From Camelus dromedarius (lineage: Eukaryota), in NCBI RefSeq assembly GCF_036321535.1, contig NC_087436.1, forward strand, positions 110,424,001 through 110,488,000: 64,000 nucleotides of DNA. Reading direction: 5' to 3'. This document shows, piece after piece, positions 49,771-62,000 of the stretch (positions are counted from its first letter, which is position 1; each line of letters opens with the position of its first letter). The translations under genes and the position numbers were made by a program. The notes beneath the pieces are model-generated. The model was given only the letters and a program-made list of their open reading frames with translations. It was not told the DNA's origin and ran no database searches.

Positions 49771-50839
49771 CAACAATGATAAGTTAGGAAGATAATGTTT
49801 CAGATGGGAAGAGATGAAAAAGGAAATAAAGTCTATACATTTCAATCAGAATGTTAGGCTCAGAGATATTACACATGTGAAGGAATTTCAAAGTTAAACC
49901 ATCCCTGGACGAACTGCGATGTGTGCTTCCTGAAATACCTGCCACATTTACTTGTCATCAAAGTGAGTTCATTAAAAAACAGAGCAGCCCTCAGGGCAAG
50001 AGTTCCTTTGCATAAATTAGGTGTGAGGGACAAAAAGCACATTTGAGATGTCTTTATAGGAGAGCACAGAATTGTTGGTTAGCTGCAGAACTGAATAACT
50101 TCCTAGAACAAACTCTTTAGAGTCTGTGGTTGTGTTTCTATAACATGAATAAAAATGACTGCCCATGGGAAGGACAGCACATCCTGGGGGGAACAATGCT
50201 TACCTCCCATGTTGGTGCTCAAACCTCCAAGCAGTCAGTTCTTCTGAAAAACGGTCTCCAACATAAACCCTCTGTCTTCTCCTTCAGATTGATTGATCAA
50301 AGAACAACTGGTGGCACCATGACACCTTGACAATTCAGAATATGCACCTGTATAGCGTCATCCACTGGGGCTCATTTTCTACTATCAGTTTAATGCAATT
50401 AGTTTTTTTTTTCCCACTCAATTATGTCAAAGTGTCTAGTAGGAAAGCTGGTTCTGTAATTTTAAGAGCTTGCAGATTAAGAGCAGAAGAAATTTCCATA
50501 AGTGTCTCTTGGGGGGTATGATGGGAAGGAGTGTGCCACTCACCCCACAACATGACCATATGCTGCGCATCCTTTATGTCCCAATCTAATATCTCAATAC
50601 CTCATGTTCCCAGTGTAAGGTCCAAATATTCAAGATGATAAAACACAACTAGCTCTAGAAAACACATTACAGAATGATAGATGATTACACATTATATTAT
50701 CACCTGAGTTTTGAAACATAATCCACCATTCTGTGAAACATAACAAAACTTTTTCTCCAGGTTAAAAAAATATCAAAACAAGAAAAAAATTCTTTCAAAT
50801 GTACTCTAAATCTCCACTGCCCACATAAAAGGGAAATTA

Positions 50840-51245
50840 TTATTCACTCAGTCATTCATGTGATAACCAGAGCTAGGTTCAAATCCAAGCCCTACTATTG
50901 GTTACATGTTACGTTCCAGATACTCAGCTAGGCTGTGCAGAGAAATGCTTTTAAAGAACCTAAACTTGCTGCCCTCAAGGATCTTACAACCCAGTGTGGA
51001 GCTAGACATGCAAATAAATTATTATCGTATCAGTTACTAAATGAAGATGATGATGGTAATGATGGCAGGTATGTGTACAATGGGGCTCAGAGGAAGGAGG
51101 AGACAGATTAGAGAAGGCATCTTAGCAGAGCAGAAACTCGAGAAGGCCTTGATGGAGGAGCAGGAGACTCCAGGCAATTAGAGAAAAGACAGGGCATGGC
51201 ATTGGTGGAAGTCCTGGCAAGGAATGCTTTATGGGATAATGGTAA
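50840..51245 (-). mobile_element. L2 fragment
   Basis: TTCATTCACTCAGTCATTCA...CTGCCCTCAAGGATCTTACAACCCAGTG...TTAGAGAAGGC. Confidence 0.65.
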
Positions 51246-51484
51246 GGTGAGCGCCATCTGCCCACAGATTTGTTGTGTTTTACTGTATGCCTCCTCACTT
51301 GAATGCTGATCTCTTCAGAGTTCTACTCTTCCTTCCCAGAAGCACTACTGTAATCTTCAACCTAAGACTGTCCTGTAACTGAAATCCTGTCTGCCCAGAC
51401 TTTCCCATCCCTAGTTCAGATTTTAACACCATGTCTCTTAAAGAAAAGAACTGGTATAGATGATATTAAGTTGTCATAAGTTTG

Positions 51485-51635
51485 TTGAGTGTGCGTTAGA
51501 ACTGAGTTCAACTCTCACCTCCCTTCTACTAGCTGTATGACACTGGGTATACGTTTAAATTTCTAGCCTCCCTTTGTTTACCTGCACTGTAAGGACTGTA
51601 ACTCATGGGATCACTTGTAGATTGAATAGTCAATA
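51485..51635 (+). mobile_element. MIR
   Basis: CTGAGTTCAACTC...TACTAGCTGTATGACACTGGG. Confidence 0.6.
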
Positions 51636-52134
51636 CCATATATCTCTACCTAAAGATTAAGAACATTTTCTTCAGTGGGAATATTCAAAGGAAAGTTTTT
51701 CACAAATTTGATATTTTATGCTTCTATGGATATGTTTAAAATATTCAAACACATATTGGTAATTAGGTTATATGTCATACACTCTTATGTAAAATAGTTT
51801 TACAAAAATAGTGTTTGAATTTAAAATATTGCTTTTTCAACTCAGTTTATGAATCTATTTTATTCTTATCGTTTACATGCATAGTCAACATCAGTGCCTT
51901 TATTATCACAGAAGACGAGTTTCAACTCATCCAACACCAATTACCAAAGCACATCATCCTAGCTCACTTGAAATACAGCACTTTTTTGCTGCAATGTCCT
52001 TATATAATGCTGTCTCTGGAATTTTATCCCAGGATGCTGGTGTCCATTTGCCTTCCTTGAATGTACTTTTAAAAATTCCAAAGGTTTAGTCCAGCTGGAC
52101 AAAACAAAGAACTGGAGAATGACAAAATTAAATT

Positions 52135-52200
52135 TAGAAAAAAGGTAAAGAAGGAAGGAAGAAAAGAAGAAAAGAGGGAAGGAAGGAAGGAGAGAAACAA
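52135..52200. repeat. Purine-rich (GAAG)n tract
   Basis: Seen directly in sequence. Confidence 0.8.
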
Positions 52201-52691
52201 CGGGAATACAGCTCCATCTAAAATGCTATTAATATAATTATAAAATCATTATAAATATATACATGAATCAGAAGATAAATGACATTATAATATATAATTT
52301 AACGCTAATAATACTGAATTGAAAATCCTGAATTGTTCATTATAAAGAGGAGGTGGGATAAGGGATTAAAAAGAAGTGAAACCATCCTGAAATATTCATA
52401 TTACTCAGGAGACAATCAGATTTTCTTTTGTTCTTTTTTGTTTTCAATCAGAAATAGCCATGCACATATTTAAGAAAGAATACTTCTTTTAAAACAAAGA
52501 GGAATCTCATTCTACATTTTTCCTTCCCCAGAATAATCACTCTCAATTTTTTGAGCTGAATATTCTTATTTGCCTTCTCTTTCATATCATACTTTTACCA
52601 CCATTACATGCTTTTTAAGTTTGATGTCTAATCTGTTGCCTTCTCCGCAGAAGATAAGATTTAGCTCTATTTCCTTTTCCTTTGTCAGCTT

Positions 52692-52694
<3 letters not shown>

Positions 52695-52742
<48 letters not shown>
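52695..52742. repeat. Perfect (CA)24 microsatellite
   Basis: Seen directly in sequence. Confidence 0.95.
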
Positions 52743-52746
<4 letters not shown>

Positions 52747-52929
52747 CTCTCTCACCTACACTCTCATATTTTTATTACTCTGTACTTCCCAGTGTAATTA
52801 AACATGTTTACATTACTGTGACCACAGACGTTCTATTTACAGATTATAGCAGATTGGGTAGTAATGATTAGTTATCCCTTCTTGCAAAATGTTAACTTTT
52901 GGAAGAAGTCTTTTTGAGAAAGACCAACT

Positions 52930-55220
52930 CAAACTGGAACTGACTGTAATCTATACCAGTGAGCAGCTCTCATCACAGCTTTTGGGAGGTGCTGGCCTGA
53001 GTGAGAACTTAGGAAAAGGAGTTTAATGGGGGGACACAACTACTGGGGCAGCAGCTGAGCTCAGAGCACAGCGGGCACTCATCTTCTCCCATTTCCAACA
53101 GGCACTAGAAATTCCCCTCACCCCAGCGATCATCTTCGCACATTTTGGTGGCTTATCCTGATGGTTTAATCCAAACCGTAGTACCTGAAGAATTGGAACA
53201 CCTGATCCTCACATCCTTCTCAGTTCAGGCTTGCTGTATCTAACCATTCACAGTTACAATGGGACAAGGGTGAGCCAGGAAGCACCCAAGTAGATCACCT
53301 GGGTTCCTCATGTAATCCTCCCTGCTACCACTGTGTATAAGCAGCCCTTGTCTGTTCCTCCTGATTGGAGTCATTTGCCCTATAATATGTCAATACCTCT
53401 TTTTGCCTGATGGTCTCTGGGCACAAAGAATCCAAAGAACCCTGGCATTAGTTGTAAATTGTAATTCAGTGAGACCTTTGCTATAACTGTTGGTTTATTT
53501 TGAGACTAAGAACTTCAACTCAGCAGAGCTTAGAGTTAAGGAGACAATAAGGAAAAATCCCCTAGTGTCTTATTGTGAATGTTGGTAAACGAAGCCACTT
53601 CTGCTTCTATATCTTAGTTCTTGGACCCATCCATCTGTTCTTGTATGAACACAATGCCATACGAGGTTTCTGATTTAATAGATACACTACATCCAAAAGA
53701 ATAGCACACCATCTTTTCAGAGTGTTTCCTGTGAACTAGTACTTCACTTGTACAGCTCAAAGGTTATTCTGGTGTTCTAGGGGGCCAACTGCCTTTGGAT
53801 GATGCAGTACATGATATGACCAGTGGACCCAATGGCCATGGGCCCACTCCAGTACCTCCTTCACCATAAAGTTCCCCTGGTTGGATGCTATGTTGTGTGG
53901 GATTGATCCCAAGGCAGTGGATCTGGCATTTCATAAGCACCTGATAGTGGTCATAACTAAGACACTGCAGGCAAGAAAAGCAAGTCTATGCCTGAAATAG
54001 ATGAATGACTGATCCAAGATGAAGGGGCCTGATGTTGTCAAACTGGAACCAACTGGCCAGATGATCTCCTTGAGGAATAGTTCCTTGTAAGGGTTTGGGC
54101 TCAGTGTTCATTTTTGTTGCTAAAATACTGGACACTCAGAAATAGCTGGATCAGCCTTAGTAGTGGGCTGTCCGTGTTACTGGCCCATACACAGCCTCCA
54201 TCTCTGCCTCCATGCCACTCGTCATGTGCTCATCAAGCCAGTTTTGAGCGTCCAAATTTTAATGGTTAGAGTAATGTTGTCTACATAAGTTTTCAGTGCC
54301 TTTTCTAAGTAGCTACTTCGTGTTAGGCATTAACTGATGATACAATCATCAGAAAGACATTTGATGTCCATCTTCATATGTCCATCCACATGCCTCTGTC
54401 CCAAAGAGTCTTGTCTTCCAGTCCCCCGGCCAGAAGGTCAGGTCATTTGCCACTGCCCAGGAATCTCTACATTATCTCTCCTCAAGCCACCGCTCCTTTC
54501 ACATCAAGTGGATGAGTGGGTACCCTGCTTGCCTCTCCACCCACTGGGAAGATTTCCCCTCCCCATTCCACCTTTCAATGGGGCTGTAATGTTTTTATCA
54601 TCTATTTTCAGCTTCACCCATGTACCAAGCCAATCCACTCATAAACCAAACCCATCTATTTTTCTTCTCCTTCAAATGTTCTTAAGAACTCCCTTGAGGG
54701 CATAGGTGTAAGCCTGGGAAGGTGCATTGGTGCAACCGTGGTGGGAGACATGTAGTGTACACATGTCCTCTGGTCCTTCTAATGTTCCATTCCACACATA
54801 GCATTTCCATCTCATGATAGATAACTGCTGGACTTGTCCATCTTCATGGCTTGATGAGTATGTCAGAACTGAGGTCATAATGAGACGTTCTAGCTGTAGG
54901 ATCACTTGGTACCTAATGGTAAAATGATCCATCCCTACCAGAACCTAATAACATGCCACAAGCTATTTCTCAAATGACATGTAATCATCTGTGGTAGATG
55001 GCACAGCCTTCCTTACTTCAGAATCTCAGGAGTTTGTGTTGTAATTCTCCCACTGGAGCTCGCCATAAACTCCACAATGCATCCTTGCCCCGGACAGGCA
55101 ATTCCAACACCACAGAGTCTGCAGGACCACATGACCCAACAGCAGAGCTGACTGTCTCTTGAGCTAGGCCTGTACAGTGCCCTTTTTGCTCCAGGCCTCA
55201 CTCAAAACTGACAGCCCCCA
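52930..55220 (-). mobile_element. Decayed ERVL-class internal region (pol: RNase H to integrase; ERV3-16A3-like)
   Basis: Hand translation of 53903-53760 (-): IPHNIASNQGNFMVKEVLEWAHGHWVHWSYHVLHHPKAVGPLEHQNNL then stop, matching the ERVL integrase core pattern (IPHSIASDQGTHF...WAHAHGIHWSYHVPHHP). Confidence 0.85.
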
Positions 55221-55719
55221 AACCCAATAAATATCACCCAACATAATTAAAGTACAGTCAAATACCTAAATATTAATAGCAAATGTTTACATTGGGATGT
55301 GAAATGCTTAAAGCACTGCTTTTGCTCACCAGAAAAAATTGATGATGTTGTTAATAAATATCGTGGCTTCTGGCTGTGCAGTGTCATGATGTACATCTCC
55401 TTAGTGGACATTCAACTCTCACTTCTTGAAATTTTAATGTTCCACCAGTTGTATTTGGAATATAACTCAAGACTGTTCATGCACATTGTTTTGTTTAAAA
55501 ATATTGTATTTAGACTTGTGGGGATAAATTTTGTTTTCTTTTCAAACATTGGCTAAAAAAAATACTGCATTCAGAAATGCTCTGTGGAGTCTGGGTATTA
55601 ATAACCAAGAGGTATTCCACTAGGAAAATCTTAATTGGGAGATATTCTGTAGGGTTTTTCTGTCATAGCTTAAATTCTGATAAGTGCAATGGTGAGAAAG
55701 AAAAGAGGAAGGAAGATTA

Positions 55720-56110
55720 GGAAGATAGGAGAGAAAACGGGTGCTAGCAAATTCAACACGGTGGGTGGGTTAGGGCTCACTGAGAAGGTGAGAGTTGAGT
55801 CAAGACTTGAGAAAGATGAGAGAGTAAATTACATGGTGATTTGGCAAAGAGAAAATTGACATTTGGGGGAAGAAATAGGATATTTGAAAGGTTCTGAAGT
55901 AAGAGTATGTCCAGAGCCTTTGAGGACAGCAAGTTCAGATTGACTAGAGTGACAAGAGCTGTATAAGCAAGAAGTGAGTGTAGCAAGAGATAAGGAGAGA
56001 GGTAAGGAGGCAGGGAGGGGAAGTGGTAGCATACTTCAGGGCTGGTGGGCTGTTGTAATTCCTATGGATTCTACTGAGAGGTCGAAGGTCATGAGTTCTG
56101 AGCTAAGGAG
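55720..56110 (-). mobile_element. L2 fragment
   Basis: TTAGGGCTCACTGAGAAGGTGAGAGTTGAGTCAAGACTTGA...TTTGAGGACAGCAAG. Confidence 0.75.
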
Positions 56111-56114
56111 ACAA

Positions 56115-56300
56115 TAATACATTTCATCAATTCCAAAGAATAGGTTTTGTTTTGTTTTTCACATTTAAACATCACTGAAATAGAGACATGTCTTGAAATC
56201 AATGCTGTATTACATGGTAACCATTTTTCTACCTTAGACATACATAAAATAATGGTGAGCTGTAAAAATCTATGTTGTCCAAACTTTGAAAAATGTAGTA
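56115..56300. mobile_element. Old TcMar-Tigger-type MITE
   Basis: TTTTTCACATTTAAACATCACTGAAATAGAGACATGTCTTGAAATCAATG...CATAAAATAATGGTG. Confidence 0.5.
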
Positions 56301-56374
56301 ATCTGACTTACATATTAATAGCATCTTTCTGGTTTGAGAAAAGACAAAGGGATACCAAGGGCTGCCCCAAAAGA

Positions 56375-56545
56375 ACTCCAAATTATTTTGAAATTAAATA
56401 ACATATTTGTACAAATTTCATGGGTCAAATACATCACATGGGAAGTTGGAATATATTTGAACTGAATTATAATGAAGAAAATCATAAAATTCTGTTCTTA
56501 CATAAAAATATGGAGATTTAAATGTTTATCTTGGAAAAGAAAATC
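56375..56545 (+). mobile_element. Old L1 ORF2 fragment
   Basis: GAAATTAAATAACA...CATGGGTCAAA...ATATTTGAACTGAATTATAATGAA. Confidence 0.55.
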
Positions 56546-56920
56546 TATTTACAAATATATAGTATATAATGAAAAATGCTTAAAATGCAAATATATTCCT
56601 AAAATACATTAAAAGTGTAACACACGAAGTATAGCATTTATCAGAGAATCTTGGGTTTATATGTTACTTGTTTGCATCTCAGTTGTCCATTAAAAGTTAC
56701 TATACAGTAGAAATTTCTACTGGCATGTTTATATTATACTTAGAAAAGGAATTAAAAATGCTACAAAAACACAGAAAAGCAAGGTGCTGTGTTTTAATTC
56801 CTATTTGTCTTATTTATCTTTGCTTCCTCATCATAATTGCCTTCACCTCAAGGTTAAATGTGCACAGATAATTTTTAGGGAATCAATTTCCGTATCCTCA
56901 ACATATGTCATATTTCATAA

Positions 56921-57550
56921 TGTGAAACCGTGCAAGAATGTGACTAATAAGATCTCCTTCACTTCCTGTTTCACAACCGCGATTCCTTGAAAGAAGATGA
57001 AAGTAGCTCTTCTTTCACTTTCCTGTTTGCCCATTCCTGCTCCCTTCGAACCCTAGAAGAACCCAATTATAGAAATGCAATCACTAGGCAATTTAACCTA
57101 AGTCCTGACTTACGCTCTCCTGAATGCACAGCATGCCTTGCCAAACCTGGTGATTCTTTTCCTGGATTAAAAGAAATAAGAATGAAGAATTAAACAGTTA
57201 AAGAATGACTAGCTCTCCACCCCTCAGAAGCCTCTTTAGAAATCCAGCAGGCAGATCATACAGGTAAGATAACATCTAAGAAAGATAACGAGTCAGCCAG
57301 TCTGCACCCAATGGAGAATGATGTGGAGTCCAACCTCCTGCCTCAGTGATTCACTGAGATTATTCCCTCTTTTTTCCTTTTAAAAAATGTCATAGCTGAG
57401 CAGAATCTTTGGAGTTCTTTCTAGGATATGACGCCACCTTCTCCCCAAATTGCTAGCTTTCTGATTAAAGCAACTTTTCTTTCTACCAACACTTGGCCTC
57501 TCAAGTATTGGCTTTTGAGTGGCGAACAGCCGAACTTGAGTTCAGTAACA
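56921..57550 (+). mobile_element. ERV1-type solo LTR
   Basis: TGTGAAACCG start; ATTAAA 57464; U5 CTCTCAAGTATTGGCTTTTGAGTGGCGAACAGCCGAACTTGAGTTCAGTAACA; no clean TSD, so the left end is less certain. Confidence 0.8.
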
Positions 57551-58139
57551 AAGATGACCTCATTTCTAATGTAACTGTGGTGAGTTGCTCTAAAGAGGGG
57601 AACCTCTGGTGTATGTAACAAAAGGGCAATTCAAAATAGGGACTTCAGGGAAGTGTCCCTTAATCAAACCTTGATAATCCAGCTCTGCCCATCTCAACAA
57701 GAAATGCATTTCTAACAAATTTTTACCTTTTGCATTTAATATATATTAGCAATATTTTAATGCTTATGTTCTTTTTTATCAATTGCACATTAATTTTTGA
57801 ATTGTGAATCTCATCCAGAAGAAACTACAAAACATTTAGAGCTTGATGTTTTAATTATTTTAATAAATTATTTTAATTTCCAACTTGTTTGCAAACTTTT
57901 ATTACATCAGAGAAAGATGCTGGATCAATTAAAGACTTTCAAAATAAAAATATATTGGGATACTACAATGGGTAAGTTGTAATGGAAAAATAATTTCACA
58001 GAGATAAGAATGATGCTCAACACAGATGAGAGTATATGCGTATCATTAAAGTGGATATTTATTATTCAAAACATGTACTTTTTTGCAAATTTAAAATGTG
58101 AATTAAAAAGGAAAGTGGAGTATTCTTAAAATGCATATT

Positions 58140-58360
58140 GCATTAACATTTATTGAGTATGTATTATGTGCTTGGATCTCTGCTAAGTAGTTTCATAACT
58201 ATCCCATTTCATTGCCACAAAACGATTGCAGGATGGATATGATGCTCAAACAACAGATGTGGAATTTGAGACCCACAGAGGTTAAAGTATCAAGCCAAGG
58301 ACCACCCAGCGAGTAAACTGCCAAACTAAGAGTCTAACTGAAGTCTCTGGCCACCGACTC
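58140..58360 (-). mobile_element. MIR
   Basis: TAACATTTATTGAGT...ACAGATGTGGAATTTGAGACCCACAGAGGTTAA...CCAAGGACCAC. Confidence 0.75.
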
Positions 58361-58540
58361 AAATGACACAGCTACCTATGTTTTTCTATTTTTGCATCGA
58401 TCCTAGCAGTTTAAATAATGCACCAGACATGCTTAATAAGCATCAATTTTTGGCATGGCAGATCACGCACAAGAAACAGGAGTTGTGGTTTCTTGTAATC
58501 TAGTCACAAAACAGGCTGTGAAACAACGCATTCATTCAAA

Positions 58541-58620
58541 CTCTTCTTCTTTCCCGTTTCCTTCCTTCTCCCCTCCCTTCCTTCTTTTCCTTCTTCCTTC
58601 CTTCTTTGCTTCCTTCCCTC
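58541..58620. repeat. Pyrimidine-rich (TTCC)n tract
   Basis: Seen directly in sequence. Confidence 0.85.
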
Positions 58621-58907
58621 AGTGAGTGATTACTGACTGTATTGCTTGTCTGATACTGTGCTTAGCACCCAGAGGTCTATGTCTTATCCTAAGTATACAA
58701 CTGAGAGCAAAATTTACAACAAGGAAACCTGCTGCAGTTCAGTCCTGTGTGCTAGCACTTAGGTATTACCCAAGTCGTAAGGCTAGTTAAAGTCACTTCT
58801 CAATATGACTAGTGTTTACAACTTAATGAACAATTATCTCAAGCTCATTAACTAACTGCCTTTTAATCACTTATTCCTCAGAAGAAAGAGAGGGAAAAAA
58901 TTCAGCC

Positions 58908-59498
58908 TACAGGACTGAGAGTCTCAGGGAAATAAAATATTCAAGGGGTGTGAACTTCTTAAAAGCATATAAATAAGATCCGCAGGGGCCCCACCGGGTC
59001 TGTGAATGAAAAATACTGCAAACCACATCAGTAAACAAAGAATGCTGAAACCAGCAAGTCCTGAGCGGCTGCTGCCACCCCCCAGTGAAGACTAGCCTGC
59101 AGCCTGGTCTCTGCAGCCACTCACAATGGTGCACTCCAAGGGGACTCAGAATAAGAAAGGACAGGATACTGGCCCTAGGTAGCTAGATATTTGTCAAAGG
59201 AATGAATACAATGAGCCCAAATGTTTGCTCCCTCCCAGACACAGAAAAGCGCTACATTCTTTAACTTGAGATGTCTGGTTTTCTTTAGTTAACAAGTAAT
59301 CTTTTATTGTTCCAACTACCTGGTCTTTGTTGTAAAGCTCCTATCTATCCTGGCTTCTCCCCTACCTCTTCGGAGTAGTCCCTCAGAGCGATCTGAGAGG
59401 CTGTCACCCCGGGCCGAAAGGGGTTCGCGTCCTCAGAAATGTCCGCCAAATAAAATCTAACTCTCAGCTTTTAGGCTGTGCGTTGATTCCACTCGACA
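58908..59498 (+). mobile_element. ERV1-type (MER34/MER39-like) solo LTR
   Basis: TCGGAGTAGTCCCTCAGAGCGATCTGAGAGGCTGTC...AATAAA 59449...AACTCTCAGCTTTTAGGCTGTGCG...TCGACA; 5' end TACAGG (TG eroded). Confidence 0.8.
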
Positions 59499-59504
59499 GG
59501 TCAA

Positions 59505-59735
59505 AGCTCAACTGCTCCTCCCTCCCCTGTGCTCTCACTGTCCCCTGTACAACCCTCCTCATAAGCTTTAGTGTACTTATTTGTTTTCACTAATATCTCT
59601 TCCTACTAAATGGTAAAGTCGTTGAAGGAGACACCTCTCTCTCTCTCTACTAAATGGTGAAATCCTGAAGCATCCCTAGTGCTTAGTGGAGCCTGGATAC
59701 AGCAGGTTCTAAATGATGTGTTTCATCAACAAATA
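59505..59735 (+). mobile_element. L2 3' end
   Basis: CTCCCCTGTGCTCTCACTG...CATCCCTAGTGCTTAG...GCCTGGATACAGCAGG. Confidence 0.65.
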
Positions 59736-59939
59736 ACAGCACTGCCGTGGTAGCTTGGCACAAAGCAGGGAGGTAGGGACGAAACCAACCACAGGTAAAG
59801 CGACATTGTCTTAACACAGAATTCTACCAGTCTTTGAAATCATCTCAGGAATGGGAGATTCCCTGAAAATGGCTGATATAATAAGGAAATAAGGAAACTT
59901 ACCCTCTCCTGGAAACCAGGGCAGGATATCACGCACAGA

Positions 59940-60398
59940 GATTTCTATTAGCTGTGATGAAGACAAATATAACAGCATTTCAACGAGGGAGAGGCTTATT
60001 TCTCACTCGCGGAGTAGTCCACGGGGATGGTAGGCATCCCAGGGGCCACACACAGTGGCAGGTTGCTGGAACGCAGGCTTATTCAGTCTCCTTGTTCTGC
60101 TGTCGTAATAGGTAGCTCCCATCTCATGTCTAAGGTGACTGCTCTGGCTCCTTCCATCACATGTACATCCCACTGATCAAGAAAGGGGGGAAGGGGACTA
60201 TGTACCCTCCTTTTCTTTTAAAGGCATGACTCCACAGGTACCACATCTACTCCCCGTCCAGTCATTTGATCAAAACCAACTGGAAGGGAGGCTGGTCATG
60301 TCATCTTTAACCGGTCAGCCATGTGACTTGCTAAAATATCTAATTCTATAGAAGAAAAGGAGAGATTTACTAGGGGAAAGGCCAACAGTCTGTGCTGT
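59940..60398 (-). mobile_element. Old MaLR LTR (MLT1J/K-like)
   Basis: GCTTATTTCTCACTC...GCTCTGGCTCCTTCCATCACATGTACATCCCA...AAGGGAGGCTGG...GCCATGTG. Confidence 0.7.
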
Positions 60399-60599
60399 AG
60401 TATAGTTTGTACAAAATCAAATTAATATTGAAAGCTGATAGAAGTTCCTTTTATATGAAGGCGAAGCATTATTTTCTGGGGGAATAAAAATGGAAGAGAA
60501 CTTGATAAAACCATGCCTACCAAAATAGAAAAGTCTAGGAGAGAAGGTAGGATGGGTTGCATAACTCTCAAGGACCCCTGCTAAAGATGAGGCACTTCT

Positions 60600-62000
60600 G
60601 ATGCCATAGGACACTGAGAGCAGAAAGTCCACAGTAGCATCTGTGAGTGTCAGGAAAATAGAACTATCTAGAAGTCCCCTGGAAGTCTCAACAACAAGAC
60701 AAAGCAGTTACTCAGCCCAGAGAAAGTTTTGACTTTAGTTCCCTTTTTAATCCCCCCCCCCCCATTCACCTATTCCTCACCGCTGGGGATCAGAAATGGC
60801 AAAGTGCATGTAGAGTAAATTAAAACTTTTCTTTTGTCCTTTCATTTTGCTCTGTAAGAATCAAACAGGAAAGCTTACTGACAGAGCTCATTTCAACCTA
60901 CATGGTCTACACAAAACCAGCAGAGCTCTTCCTTTTTAAAGATGAACAGAAAGAGAGACGTGTTCAGACACAAGAAAGCCAAGATGGTTCAAAAGAAAGA
61001 GAACAGTCTGAGGAAGGTGCAAAAACATTTCAGTGGAACAGATTTGCTGCAAGAAATGATATTTTTGAAAATATCACTCAGTTTTTGTTCTTAACAAATT
61101 AGAGAAGACATACATCACAAAACAAGTAAGTTAGGCGGTCCTGAAAAGAGCATGATCTAAGATCGGGAAAGAATACTCAGGGATCACACAGATAACTGCT
61201 GAATTAAACACTGCAATGCAGATAGTAACTGAATGCAACAGAAGAGCAAATTAGTGGAGAAGAGAACTGGCCTACAGTTGCCCCAGGTATCAGGATACAA
61301 AGATAAAGAGAGAACAATGAAAGAAAAGATTAAAATAAAACTTGAAGATGTGAGGGCTTAATGGTTAACATAATACTTCACATTTTGAAAGGTCCTCCAA
61401 CAACCAGGAAAAATTAGTAAAAAGAGACACGTTCTCAGATAGATACCCGATAACATTTTTCAATTTCAAAAATCAAAGAGAAAAATACCTGTTTCCATCT
61501 ACTCAAAATAGGAAGGAAAAGAAAGAAGTGATGGAGGGAGAAAGGAAATAAATGATGTCTTTTAACCTCCAACAAATGGAAGTTTAAAAACTTCAACAAC
61601 TAATCTTGTCCACAGCACCCAGGAGATACAGGCAGAGAATAGGTGCTCAAGATATATGTTGAATAAATGAAATTTCAGTGTTGTAAGTAGACACACTTTT
61701 GACATACAACAGGGCATATTGTTGTCCTGGTTTGACAAAAACAGAGAGACAACTTCATATGTGAATTTAGAAAGTATACTTTTTATTCCCATACCCCTCA
61801 TGAAAAACATATTCAAATATTCAGGACAGTTGGCTTAAAAATGAATAAAAATATAGACATGACGATACGGGGGCATGACGGTATTACTAACAACTAGTAG
61901 CAAGAAATAAAATTAAATATGGAGTAAGTCTAAACAGTTATTGTTAAAGTCTGTACACTTAAAGCATATGAGGAAATAGTTTGCAAAGTATTATAAATAT
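60600..62000 (+). mobile_element. Very old L1/HAL1 ORF1-type fragments, interrupted by an L2 3' piece (about 61560-61680, - strand)
   Basis: A-rich; CAGAAGAGCAAATTAGTG...CAAAGATAAAGAGAG...TTGAAAGG...AAAATCAAAGAGAAAAT. Confidence 0.5.
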
